Origin: Halalkalibacterium halodurans
GTDB taxonomy: Bacteria; Bacillota; Bacilli; Bacillales; Bacillaceae_D
Reading direction: 5' to 3'
NCBI RefSeq assembly: GCF_004376175.1
Contig: NZ_SNUY01000012.1
Coordinates: 48,035 to 80,034, forward strand
Length of the DNA stretch: 32,000 nt
The position numbers and the translations under genes were made by a program. Positions 1 to 8,995 of this stretch are shown here, in pieces. Position 1 is the stretch's first letter. Every line of letters starts with the position of its first letter. The notes under the pieces were generated by a model. It was not told the origin of the DNA. It was given only the letters and a program-made list of their open reading frames with translations, and did not search any database.

Positions 1-897
1 TTCTGGAATTCCACTTAAATGGGCAAACCGATTCATGACACCATTTGGATATTGTACCCACACTTGTTGACCGCGAAGACGATCAAAGATATATTCTGGT
101 GTTTCACCTAACTCCGCTGTTAGGGCTAAATCAGCATTTCGCACCTCTGGTGATTCATAGTCTTCGAAATCATGATCTGCTCGTACGACAATTCCTTCAG
201 CCATGGCGTATACCGGGGTTTCTCGTGAAATGTTCCCACCAGTGGCAAAATCATACCAGTCAATGCCTTCATGAAAGCCATTTCGATACTCGCGAGGTGC
301 TCCAGGTAAATGACTATCAATTGTGCTCACTTGCGCCCCTTGAATCGGTCGCTCTAAAAATGACAAATAGTCAACCATCGTGTCAACATCCCACTCATCA
401 AAATCAAACCCTTCTGGCGGTCCACCAACTCGTTCGGCAGGTCCAAACCATTGGAACGCCACTTCTTTTTCTTGGAACGTTACTTCAAGTCCTAAGCCTA
501 CCTCTAAAAAGGCGACCGGTAAATAAAGCTCCCCTTCTTCTTCAATTAGATAGATTTCATCAGTAGCTAAGTATTCACCATTTCGTTCAAGTACAGTTAC
601 ACCATCAATCAACTTATATTGATCCTCATGTATCGTCATTTCCAACGTGCGATGAAGCTCATCGAAAGTTAACTCCCCATCAAGGGTCTGAATAAGCTCG
701 TCCACTGAAACCTTCGCATCATCCTCGCCTACTGTATAAGAGATTGTTCTCATATTTTCTTCTTGTTCGTTTTCAACTGCCTCCTGTTGTGGTTCGGATG
801 GTTGTGGTTCATTGGCAGAGCCATTGCTTTGGCAAGCGCTAAGCACGACTCCCATAGCAAATAAAGAGCAACATAAGTGTCTTTTCTTCACGTTCAT
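1..897 (-). CDS. M23/LytM-family metallopeptidase lipoprotein; C-terminus runs off the left window edge
   Basis: Absent from the ORF track because it is edge-truncated. Plus-strand triplets in register 1 from 1 to 897 contain no TTA/CTA/TCA, so the minus frame is open. The ATG is the complement of 895-897. N-terminus MNVKKRHLCCSLFAMGVVLSAC is a signal peptide plus lipobox (LSAC). GFHEGIDW (HxxxD) and NRFAHLSGI match the two M23 zinc-ligand motifs. Track ORF 45..566(+) is its antisense shadow. Confidence 0.7.
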   Translation of the reverse strand, partial: MNVKKRHLCCSLFAMGVVLSACQSNGSANEPQPSEPQQEAVENEQEENMRTISYTVGEDDAKVSVDELIQTLDGELTFDELHRTLEMTIHEDQYKLIDGVTVLERNGEYLATDEIYLIEEEGELYLPVAFLEVGLGLEVTFQEKEVAFQWFGPAERVGGPPEGFDFDEWDVDTMVDYLSFLERPIQGAQVSTIDSHLPGAPREYRNGFHEGIDWYDFATGGNISRETPVYAMAEGIVVRADHDFEDYESPEVRNADLALTAELGETPEYIFDRLRGQQVWVQYPNGVMNRFAHLSGIPE

Positions 898-1156
898 GTC
901 CCTTTCTGTTATACTTTTATTTTGTGCATGGGTGCATTTTAACGTATTCGACTTTTTGTGACAAGGCACAAAGGTAGGAAATCATGGCAAGCTCTCATTC
1001 ACAAAGACTATTTCTAGCATTTGCTTAAAGACAATTACATCGTATCCAAGGATTTTCACAATGAAGGTTTATCTAGATCATGAATAATTTTTGTTTCCTC
1101 TCACATACTAAAGACTATTAACTACTTAAGTGTGTGAAATGGAGATCAGCGGATTC

Positions 1157-2203
1157 ATGAAACATCCTTGGATTGGCCGACGTGTGTTGAAAACGGGACT
1201 GGCCGTTTGTTTAACAACGGCGATTTGTATGGCATTCAACCTATCCCCTACTTTTGCTGTGATCTCGGCGATTGTTACAACGGAACCCACAGCTGCTGAT
1301 TCGCTAAAAAAAGGATTGATTCGTTTGCCGGCAGCTGCATTAGGTGCTTTTTTTGCCGTGCTTTCAGCGTATTTCTTTGGACAGACCCCTATTACGTACG
1401 CAATTGTATCAATGATCACAATTGCGGTTTGTGCTCGCTTGAGGCTGGATGCTGGAACATTAGTAGCCACATTAACAGCTGTTGCCATGATCCCATCGAC
1501 AACTGATCATTTATTTGCTGATTATGTTTCTAGAGTAGCTGGCACGTCTTTAGGAATCATGATTTCCACTTTTGTGAATTTCATGATCTTACCACCTAAA
1601 TTTGGCCCAATTTTAATGAACAAAGTGGAAAAAATGTTTGCCATGTTATCATCTGAGCTTAAACTTGTCACAACGAAGGTGGTCGATTTTGAAAAGGAAG
1701 AGACGATGACCTCGTATCGTACGTTGCACCATCACTTATCCGAGACGTATAAGTTAACAACATTTCAACATGATGAATGGAAATATCGGAAATCGTCTTC
1801 CTCTGAAAAACGGTCTTTCACTTATTTACATCGAAAGCTAGATTATGTTTACAAAGCCCTTGCTCACTTGGGGAAGATCGGTCAAATTCGGTTGAAGAAA
1901 CCACTATCTGTAAAGGAGAGGCAGCTCGTTCTTTCGTTTCTTGTTTCGTTGACAAACATTCTTCAAGACCCTTTACACCAAATTCACACGGAACATTATG
2001 CACTTGCCAGACAATTGGAGGACGCGATGCACAAAAAGAAAGATGCAACGGAGCCGATCCATCGCCTGCTCTCTGAATTGATCTCGCTCCATGATTTGAC
2101 CGTTGAGCTTGAACAATGTACGGCTGATGAACGCCGTTTTTCATTGGAAGAACGCGCGTACCCTTCCTATATTTTTTTAGAAAGGCTACGCCCCTCGGAT
2201 TAA
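1157..2203 (+). CDS. Aromatic acid exporter (ArAE) / UPF0421 YgaE-like integral membrane protein
   Basis: Track ORF 1130..2203. The N-terminal half has about five hydrophobic helices (LAVCLTTAICMAF, FAVISAIVTT, AAALGAFFAVLSAYFF, ITYAIVSMITIAV, SLGIMISTFVNFMILPP), followed by a long soluble helical tail, as in Firmicutes UPF0421/ArAE proteins. The start is uncertain (GTG 1130, ATG 1139 or ATG 1157). Only 1157 has a GGAG (1141-1144) upstream. Confidence 0.6.
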   Translation: MKHPWIGRRVLKTGLAVCLTTAICMAFNLSPTFAVISAIVTTEPTAADSLKKGLIRLPAAALGAFFAVLSAYFFGQTPITYAIVSMITIAVCARLRLDAGTLVATLTAVAMIPSTTDHLFADYVSRVAGTSLGIMISTFVNFMILPPKFGPILMNKVEKMFAMLSSELKLVTTKVVDFEKEETMTSYRTLHHHLSETYKLTTFQHDEWKYRKSSSSEKRSFTYLHRKLDYVYKALAHLGKIGQIRLKKPLSVKERQLVLSFLVSLTNILQDPLHQIHTEHYALARQLEDAMHKKKDATEPIHRLLSELISLHDLTVELEQCTADERRFSLEERAYPSYIFLERLRPSD

Positions 2204-2247
2204 TGTGATTAGGAGAACTCAACTTAACAAGCAGAGAGGAGAATGAC

Positions 2248-3762
2248 ATGGGTAAATACAAAGTGTTTATTATTTCAGTAGCTATTGCCGCTATTTTTAT
2301 TGCTTGGGGACTTATTGCTCCTAAAAATTTAGCGGCGGTCACAAAAGTGATCGATTCGTTTATTTTAAATGAACTTGGTTGGTTTTATTTGCTTTCCGCA
2401 ACAGGGTTTCTCGCGTTCGCGATCTTTTTGATATTTAGTAAGTATGGGAACATTCGCTTAGGGAAGCAAGAGGAAAAACCAGAATACAGCTATCTTACAT
2501 GGTTTGCTTTCTTATTTACGGCTGGAATGGGGATTGGTCTTGTATTTTGGGGTGTTGCGGAACCTGTATATCATTACTTTGACCCACCGATTGCCGTGCC
2601 AGAAACGGCGCAGGCGGCTGGTGAGGCAATGCGCTATTCCTTTTTCCACTGGGGCTTGCACCCTTGGGCAATCTATACGATTGTCGCTTTAGCCATCGCC
2701 TATTTCACTTTCCGCAAAGGGGAATCAGGCGTTCTTAGCTCCTCCTTTAGGCCATTGATTGGTGACCGGGTTGATGGCTGGATTGGAACGGTGATCAATG
2801 TCATCGTCGTGTTTGCTACCATTTTTGGTGTCGCCACATCCCTCGGATTTGGAGCGGCACAAATTTCCGGTGGGCTCAACCACTTAGTACCTGCTGTCGG
2901 AGATTATAGCCCTTATATGGTGCAACTGATCGTCATCTTTGTCGTCACTATTCTATTTATGGTGTCATCACAAACCGGCTTAAACCGAGGGATTCGTCAT
3001 TTAAGCCGCATCAATATTGTTTTAGCAACCTTACTTATGCTGCTCGTACTAATCTTAGGACCAACAAGTTATTTATTAGGGGTTTTCACACAAACCCTCG
3101 GCTCGTATATTCAAAACTTGCCTGGGATGAGCTTTCGTCTTGATGTATACAACCCAGAAACAAACTGGGTGGAAGGCTGGACAATCTTCTATTGGGCTTG
3201 GTGGATTTCATGGGCACCATTTGTCGGCTCATTCATTGCTCGTGTTTCAAAAGGACGAACGATTCGTGAATTTGTCATTGGGGTTCTTGCAGTACCTGCT
3301 CTCTATGGCGCTCTATGGTTTAGCGTTTTTGGTGGAACGGGCATCTATTTCCAACGAGAGGGCATTGCGGATATTAACGGGTTGATGGCCGATCATGGAA
3401 TGGAGATTGCTTTGTTTGGCTTATTAGAGCAATTTCCACTCGGAACGTTTTTATCTGTCATTGCGTTATTGTTAATTGCGTCGTTCTTTATTACATCTGC
3501 TGATTCAGCAACCGTCGTTCTCGGAATTCAATCAACCGACGGCGATTTAAACCCTTCAAATGTTGTCAAATTCGTATGGGGGCTCATCATCTCTGCAAGT
3601 GCGGCGATTTTGCTTTTAAACCAGGAAGGTTTGGGGGCTCTGCAAACCGCAGCGATAATAGCGGCCTTGCCGTTTACAGTTATTATGATTGTTCTCATTT
3701 TTTCCATGGTTAAATCATTTAGGCGGGAAATCATCCCTGCACGCCAACCAAAAAAGCGATAA
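2248..3762 (+). CDS. BCCT-family betaine/carnitine/choline transporter (OpuD-like glycine betaine transporter)
   Basis: 504 aa with about 12 TM segments. Carries the BCCT signature region WFAFLFTAGMGIGLVFWGVAEP and WTIFYWAWWISWAPFVGSFIARVSKGRTIREF. SD GAGAGGAG lies just upstream of ATG 2248. Confidence 0.9.
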   Translation: MGKYKVFIISVAIAAIFIAWGLIAPKNLAAVTKVIDSFILNELGWFYLLSATGFLAFAIFLIFSKYGNIRLGKQEEKPEYSYLTWFAFLFTAGMGIGLVFWGVAEPVYHYFDPPIAVPETAQAAGEAMRYSFFHWGLHPWAIYTIVALAIAYFTFRKGESGVLSSSFRPLIGDRVDGWIGTVINVIVVFATIFGVATSLGFGAAQISGGLNHLVPAVGDYSPYMVQLIVIFVVTILFMVSSQTGLNRGIRHLSRINIVLATLLMLLVLILGPTSYLLGVFTQTLGSYIQNLPGMSFRLDVYNPETNWVEGWTIFYWAWWISWAPFVGSFIARVSKGRTIREFVIGVLAVPALYGALWFSVFGGTGIYFQREGIADINGLMADHGMEIALFGLLEQFPLGTFLSVIALLLIASFFITSADSATVVLGIQSTDGDLNPSNVVKFVWGLIISASAAILLLNQEGLGALQTAAIIAALPFTVIMIVLIFSMVKSFRREIIPARQPKKR

Positions 3763-3778
3763 ACGTGAGAAAACATGC

Positions 3779-3820
3779 CCCTGTCATCATCTTTATAAGC
3801 TGATGACAGGGTCTTTTTTA
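3779..3820 (+). terminator. Rho-independent terminator after the BCCT gene
   Basis: 11-bp perfect stem CCCTGTCATCA (3779-3789) / TGATGACAGGG (3801-3811), followed by TCTTTTTTA. Confidence 0.8.
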
Positions 3821-4101
3821 TCACTATCCTGTAAATAGATGTCTTTTAACGTAGAGAAAATAAAACAGATGTTTCTATTTCATTACAATTATGTTACTGA
3901 TCACCGAACCTAGCCATCACATGATAAAATGATGACAAGAAGATGATAAAGTGAAATTTTATCAATTTCTTTTCCCTATTATATATTAGGTGTAGCCCAC
4001 ACAGGGCAAGTTACAAGCATTTCCATAGGACATTTATCGGCTTGAAGTGAGAGTTTCTACCAGTTAAATAGATAAAACAGTGGACAGGTTGGAGTGAAGG
4101 G

Positions 4102-4548
4102 GTGATCAATCGTATGAGGTTTCTTTTGTGGGTCGGATGTGTTATTTGTCTCACGGGATGTATCGCAACGAGCGATTCAACCTCTTCGCCACCATTCATC
4201 CAAAACGATGTAAAAACAACGATTTTATTTTCAGAGCCAGACCCTGTCGATCAAGAAAAGCCTTATTTAGACGCGCTGCTGGAATTGCAATCCCTTTATC
4301 CAAACGAAGTTCCTCACGTTTTAGTCACTTCTGGAGAACATGAGGATGTTATTCGCTATTTTCAAATCGAACAATTCCCAACGCTTATTGTCGTTCAAGG
4401 TGACAAAGTCTTTTTGCGTCTCGAAGGCGAGTACAGTACAGCGCAAATCATAAAAGAAATTGAACGAGTGTATCATCTATCATCAAAATCGCTATCAAAA
4501 AAAAGAATCGAGTTTTATCTATACGATTATATGTCAAGCTTCCTCTAA
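4102..4548 (+). CDS. Small lipoprotein with a thioredoxin-like fold lacking CxxC (hypothetical)
   Basis: N-terminus MINRMRFLLWVGCVICLTGC is a signal peptide plus lipobox (LTGC). GGAG at 4091-4094 sits 7 nt before GTG 4102; ATG 4114 is an alternative start. The C-terminal segment FQIEQFPTLIVVQGDKVFLRLEG resembles the cis-Pro/beta3 region of thioredoxin-like proteins. No CxxC is present. Confidence 0.55.
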   Translation: MINRMRFLLWVGCVICLTGCIATSDSTSSPPFIQNDVKTTILFSEPDPVDQEKPYLDALLELQSLYPNEVPHVLVTSGEHEDVIRYFQIEQFPTLIVVQGDKVFLRLEGEYSTAQIIKEIERVYHLSSKSLSKKRIEFYLYDYMSSFL

Positions 4549-4570
4549 TTTTCTGAGGAAGCTTTTCTAG
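4536..4570 (+). terminator. Rho-independent terminator overlapping the lipoprotein stop codon
   Basis: 10-bp perfect stem AAGCTTCCTC (4536-4545) / GAGGAAGCTT (4555-4564), then TTCT. The stop TAA (4546-4548) lies in the loop. Confidence 0.7.
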
Positions 4571-4621
4571 TGTCTTCACTCCTCTTCTAAAAATATAATT
4601 CCTTTTTTTGTCTGATATCTA

Positions 4622-4651
4622 TTGACAACTTACCTGTATGAACCATATAAT
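4622..4651 (+). promoter_or_regulatory. SigA-type promoter of the GntR-ABC operon
   Basis: TTGACA (4622-4627), 18-nt spacer, TATAAT (4646-4651). Both hexamers are perfect consensus, about 90 nt upstream of ATG 4739. Confidence 0.7.
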
Positions 4652-4661
4652 ACACTAGAGC

Positions 4662-4717
4662 TGTATTAAAGGATTAATACGCTTCGTGCGCCGATTATGT
4701 ATTAAGTTGTTAATACA
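4662..4717 (+). promoter_or_regulatory. Two tandem palindromic operators (putative autoregulatory YtrA/GntR sites)
   Basis: TGTATTAA-agga-TTAATACg (4662-4681) and TGTATTAA-gttg-TTAATACA (4698-4717). They share the same half-sites, have centres 36 bp apart, and begin about 11 nt downstream of the -10 box. Confidence 0.6.
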
Positions 4718-4738
4718 CCAAGAATAGGAGCTGTTGCC

Positions 4739-5110
4739 ATGAAAATGAATTTTAATAAGCGCGATCCTGTCTACCTACAAGTGATCCGACACTTTAAGGA
4801 ACGTATTGCTACGGGAGCGCTCTTGCCAGGTGAAGAAATTCCATCACGTCGTGAATTAGCGAACAGTTTAAAAATTAATCCAAACACCGCACAGCGCGCG
4901 TATAAGGAAATGGAGGAACAAGGATTGATCAAGACGGAAGGAAATTTACCGAGTAAAATTACGAATGATCCGGACATATTAGCTTCTGTCCGCTCAGAGC
5001 TCATTCGAGACGCAGTGGATAACTTTATTGCAGCGATTAAACCCATTCATGTGCCGATCGATGAAGTTATTACGCTATTAAAAGAAAAATACGAGAAGGA
5101 CGAGATTTGA
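4739..5110 (+). CDS. GntR-family transcriptional regulator, YtrA subfamily (short C-terminal domain)
   Basis: 123 aa. Winged-HTH region PGEEIPSRRELANSLKINPNTAQRAYKEMEEQGLI is followed by a C-terminal part of only about 50 aa, typical of the YtrA subfamily. It sits directly upstream of an ABC ATPase. Confidence 0.9.
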   Translation: MKMNFNKRDPVYLQVIRHFKERIATGALLPGEEIPSRRELANSLKINPNTAQRAYKEMEEQGLIKTEGNLPSKITNDPDILASVRSELIRDAVDNFIAAIKPIHVPIDEVITLLKEKYEKDEI

Positions 5111-5121
5111 GGGGGACACTT

Positions 5122-5811
5122 ATGATTGAAGTAAAAAACGTGACGAAAAAATATGGACGGAAGCTCGTATTAGATGATGTCTCATTTACAGCGAAAAAAG
5201 GGGAAATCACTTGCCTTATTGGCATTAACGGTGTTGGGAAAACGACAATTCTCAAAGCAATGATGGCATTAACCCCGATACAATCAGGGGAAATTTTAAT
5301 CAACGGTCAACCGATTGACAAACACACTTTTGAACAAGCGACTTTTATTCCAGATGCAATCACGATGATGCCTAATATGACCATCCGGCAGGCCATGGAT
5401 TTTATGAACGAGTATTACCGCAATTGGAACGTGGAACGCGCCAAGGAATTACTCTCATTTTTTAAATTAAATGAACAAGACCTCATTTCAAGCTTATCGA
5501 AAGGCAATGCAGCGAAGGCCAATTTGTTGCTCGGGCTTGCGCTCGATGTTGATTTTTTACTAATGGATGAACCCTTTTCTGGGATCGATATCTTTAGCCG
5601 CGAACAAATTGCCGATTGTTTTACAAGCCATCTTATCGAAGATCGTGGCGTCATCATAACAACTCACGAAATCGGTGATATTGAACATTTAATTGATCAC
5701 GTTGTCGTGCTAAACGATGGAAAAGTCTATAAACAATTTCAAACAGAAGCTCTGAGAGAAAACGAAGGAAAGTCTGTGATCGATGTATTGAGAGAGGTGT
5801 ACAACCGATGA
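5122..5811 (+). CDS. ABC transporter ATP-binding protein
   Basis: Walker A GINGVGKTT, degenerate signature LSKGNAAK, Walker B FLLMDEPFSGID, H-loop TTHE. The track ORF starts at TTG 5107; I prefer ATG 5122, which is preceded by GAGGGGGA. The stop overlaps the next start (ATGA at 5808-5811). Confidence 0.88.
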   Translation: MIEVKNVTKKYGRKLVLDDVSFTAKKGEITCLIGINGVGKTTILKAMMALTPIQSGEILINGQPIDKHTFEQATFIPDAITMMPNMTIRQAMDFMNEYYRNWNVERAKELLSFFKLNEQDLISSLSKGNAAKANLLLGLALDVDFLLMDEPFSGIDIFSREQIADCFTSHLIEDRGVIITTHEIGDIEHLIDHVVVLNDGKVYKQFQTEALRENEGKSVIDVLREVYNR

Positions 5812-6632
5812 AAAATTACTTAAAACTAACACACTTTGAAGTCCATCGTTTCGCAAAGTTATATGCCGTTCTCCTAGTTGTCACACTCCTTTCCCAAATC
5901 ATAGGTGTGTTTGTTATTTCGAAGCGATTTTTAAATCATGCAACAGAAATCATGGTTCAGAATCGAATGAACGAAGCACAGTTCATGGAGGAATATGGAC
6001 CTATTAGCATGGCCAACATTACAAATAGTATGTGGTTTGTCAGTCCAATTGCATTCGGAGCTGTCACATTACTCCTTTATGTATTTCTTATTTGGTATCG
6101 TGATTGGTTCGGAAAAAATACTTTTATTTACCGGCTACTTATGTTACCTACGGAACGGATCAACATTTACTTAGCAAAAGCGACCGCCATCTTTCTAATG
6201 GTGCTAGGACTTGTGTCATGGCAACTTATTCTCCTGTCGCTTGAAACGAAGCTGTTGGCATGGCTTACACCTTCTGCTCTTCATGTAGAACTCCCATTGC
6301 GAGAAACATTGCAGAGCTTAGACTTTTTACATGTGATCATCCCCTATTCCATTATGGAATTTTTCATTCATTATGGACTGGGGCTCATGTTTGTGTTCGT
6401 TGTGTTCACAGCGATTCTTCTCGAAAGAAGCTTTAGGCTTAAAGGCATTATTTTCGGTGGCATCTATGTTGGAATTGTTTGGCTCATTTTTCTTTCACCG
6501 GAGCTGTCCTTCTCGAGAAGTTACTTCTTCCCAATCGAAATCTTTCTCATCCACCTGCTGCTCTCCGTTATTATTATAGGTGGCTCGATCTGGCTAAGTT
6601 ATTACTTATTAAGAAAACGAATCATGGTGTAG
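5808..6632 (+). CDS. Multi-pass membrane protein, probable ABC-2-type permease partner
   Basis: 274 aa with about 6-7 hydrophobic helices. Translationally coupled to the ATPase through an ATGA overlap. I recognise no soluble domain. Confidence 0.7.
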   Translation: MKNYLKLTHFEVHRFAKLYAVLLVVTLLSQIIGVFVISKRFLNHATEIMVQNRMNEAQFMEEYGPISMANITNSMWFVSPIAFGAVTLLLYVFLIWYRDWFGKNTFIYRLLMLPTERINIYLAKATAIFLMVLGLVSWQLILLSLETKLLAWLTPSALHVELPLRETLQSLDFLHVIIPYSIMEFFIHYGLGLMFVFVVFTAILLERSFRLKGIIFGGIYVGIVWLIFLSPELSFSRSYFFPIEIFLIHLLLSVIIIGGSIWLSYYLLRKRIMV

Positions 6633-6643
6633 GGGTGTGACTT

Positions 6644-7336
6644 ATGGGACGATATTGGAAACTAGTTGTATTAGTAACAGGCATTGTGGTTGTTTTGGGC
6701 ACTTTTTTTATTCAAACGACGCTAGCAAACCTTGCTTTACCTGAATTCGACATCAAGAAGGTGACTGGCGACCTGGCTGAGATCGATCCAGTCATCATCA
6801 ATGGATATTACGAAGATCGTATAGTATGGAGTGACATGTGGATAACGAGTAAAGAAACAGTCCACTTAAATGAGCGTTCTTTTTTCGAGAGAATGAATGA
6901 TTTACAATTCCACAGTCCACTCGTACAAGATCTATATAAAAATAATCGCTCCTTTCTTCGGGGAAAGAATTTTTATTCAGGCACGTTTATTGAAAATGAC
7001 GAGCAAATCACTTATGTAAGCCTCTCTTGGGATCAGACCAACGATACTGCAGTACAAGTGGAAATAGCGATTTTAGATAAACAATCAAAGGAAGAAACGC
7101 TCTTTCAATTGGACATTCCAAATGGTGAGAAATATTTCTATCTTTACTTGGAGCAAGTGATTGTAAGAGATGATGAACTTCACATCGCAGCAAGCGTTTC
7201 ACCTCATTTTGATGATGAAGAAATGCACGTTTATAGTATTGATTTAGCGAAGCAGACGGTCACCCACGATACGCTCATTTCGGATCAGGACAGCTATCTG
7301 CAAACATACGTAGATGACGATCAACCTACTTCCTGA
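6644..7336 (+). pseudogene. N-terminal fragment (229 native codons) of a membrane-anchored protein disrupted by IS insertion
   Basis: N-terminal anchor WKLVVLVTGIVVVLGTFFI, then a soluble region. The native sequence ends at ...DDDQPT (codon ACT 7328-7330). The last sense codon and the TGA (7334-7336) are supplied by the IS terminal repeat. Confidence 0.8.
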
Positions 7337-7526
7337 ATTATTCATACTTCTAAACGAAGAGTTAATTTGGTATCAAGTCCAGGGGCTTTTTGTTTTCAAA
7401 CATATAAAAACAGATGATTTCGATAAATATGGCGGAATATAATAGTGAATGGCAGTAAAATCCTGATTTTGGGCATACTACCCCCTTGGTCTTACATCCA
7501 TTTAAAAAAACAGCTATTCAATTGAA

Positions 7527-8843
7527 TTATTCTATCCTTAGACGTTGAATTCGCTGAAGTACTTCCCAAAAGAATTTTTGGTACACAAAACTAGAGGACA
7601 ATTTAAAGTAGAGGGATCGTCCCGATTTTACTAATTTACTCGCAACTTTAATAATTCTTGTACGAATGGTCTCGATTTGCATACTTGTCTGTTTTTCTGG
7701 AAAGCAAAGGGTACGTAGCCAATTCGTTAGGTTGTACGCTAATAGACTTAACATCATTTTTGCTTCATTCACTTGGAAGGAGTGGCTGTTCATTTTATCC
7801 ATGTAAAAACCGTTTTTAGCTTCCTTAATATAATTCTCCATCGTGCCTCTTTTTTGGTAAGCACGAACGATATCTTTTGGAGAGAACGCATCTACTAGGT
7901 TGGTGACAAAAAATGAGTGTGTAAAAAACAATTCACCTGCAGGACGAACAGATTGTACGATGACTTTTCTTGACTTCGACCATGATTTTGCCTGGTATTC
8001 GATTTCCTCATAATAATATTCAGACATGGAAACATCTGATATCTCCGTTGCTGGATGTAATTCATCTGCTATTCGCTGTAAAATAGCGTTTGATTTTAGA
8101 CGAATCACGTAATAGACAGACTCATCTTCGCATAAGTCATACAAAGCCGGGACAGCAAATCCACTATCTCCACGTAAAAACGGTGTGGTTTCTGGAAATT
8201 TTTCATTGTAGTGTTCAATAAGTGGTTTTACAAAATCAACGACACCATTGGAAGTATAAACATTTCCTGGTCGTAGCTTCGCTTTAAGGAAATCGCCAGT
8301 GATACCATCAAAAGCAACTAACGGATGAAAACCGACCGTTCCATAATGAGTATTGTACGATGCCGATTCTTGTTCACCATATGTGTCAGCATGTGTTGAA
8401 TCCAAGTCAAAGATGATTGCTTTGGATCCCCTGAATGTATGTACTTTATCTAAAAGCTCTTGGTTCGCTTGATTTAATTGTTCCATGGATTCGTTATCAA
8501 ATCTTGTGTAAAACCGAGATAAACTTGGTTGAGAAGCTAAGGCGTCGGTCCCGATAATTTGTGTGAAGACAGGATCATTCGTCAATTCGTCAGCACTGTC
8601 ATCTTCAGCATAACCAGCAATGATTTGATAAATCTTTTGACGGAGTAAATTTTCATTCGAATGAACATAGTATTTTCTATCGTCTTTCAAATGTAGATGT
8701 CGAGCCAAGGTTTTAGAGAATCCGATTTTCTCATCGAATTCCCTAAAGATAAATTCACCTGTATCAGAAGAAAGAGAACCCCCATCATTTGACAATTTAA
8801 TTTGACGATTGAAATCTAACGTTAATTGCGGTAAAGTATCCAT
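7527..8843 (-). CDS. IS1380-family DDE transposase
   Basis: 438 aa. The N-terminal block SSDTGEFIFREFDEKIGFSKTLA...LLRQKIYQIIAGYAEDDSADELTNDPVF...LASQPSLSRF matches my recollection of the IS1380 / DDE_Tnp_1_4 profile. Candidate DDE residues lie in IIFDLDST, FLRGDSGF and GTMENYIKEAK. Confidence 0.85.
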   Translation of the reverse strand: MDTLPQLTLDFNRQIKLSNDGGSLSSDTGEFIFREFDEKIGFSKTLARHLHLKDDRKYYVHSNENLLRQKIYQIIAGYAEDDSADELTNDPVFTQIIGTDALASQPSLSRFYTRFDNESMEQLNQANQELLDKVHTFRGSKAIIFDLDSTHADTYGEQESASYNTHYGTVGFHPLVAFDGITGDFLKAKLRPGNVYTSNGVVDFVKPLIEHYNEKFPETTPFLRGDSGFAVPALYDLCEDESVYYVIRLKSNAILQRIADELHPATEISDVSMSEYYYEEIEYQAKSWSKSRKVIVQSVRPAGELFFTHSFFVTNLVDAFSPKDIVRAYQKRGTMENYIKEAKNGFYMDKMNSHSFQVNEAKMMLSLLAYNLTNWLRTLCFPEKQTSMQIETIRTRIIKVASKLVKSGRSLYFKLSSSFVYQKFFWEVLQRIQRLRIE

Positions 8844-8846
8844 TAT

Positions 8847-8903
8847 AAGAATCCTTTCTGTGGTTATTTTGTCGTGATTTAACTTTAACAGAAATGGATT
8901 CTT
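8847..8903 (-). promoter_or_regulatory. Stem-loop sequestering the IS1380 transposase Shine-Dalgarno
   Basis: On the minus-strand mRNA, AAGAATCC-A-TTTCTGT (complement of 8888-8903) pairs with ACAGAAA-GGATTCTT (complement of 8847-8861). That is 8+7 bp with one bulge. The second arm contains the SD AAAGGA, 8 nt before ATG 8843. Confidence 0.5.
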
Positions 8904-8995
8904 TTTTCATTTATTTGATGCATGATCAAATCAGATGAAACGCTTGATAAATAAGCATTTAAAAGTAATCAAAAGTTTTCTATGAATAATTCAGG

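Larger units (their letters stand above)
7332..8995 (-). mobile_element. IS1380-family insertion sequence, 1664 bp
   Basis: Perfect 15-bp terminal inverted repeats: CCTGAATTATTCATA (7332-7346) and TATGAATAATTCAGG (8981-8995). Flanked by the direct repeat TACTT (7327-7331 and 8996-9000). Contains a single transposase ORF. Confidence 0.88.

Noticed and set aside
45-566. 173-aa plus-strand ORF in the track
   Set aside because: It lies wholly antisense to the open minus-strand frame 1..897, which has a lipoprotein signal and M23 motifs. It has no SD and a low-complexity Leu/Gln/His composition typical of shadow ORFs.
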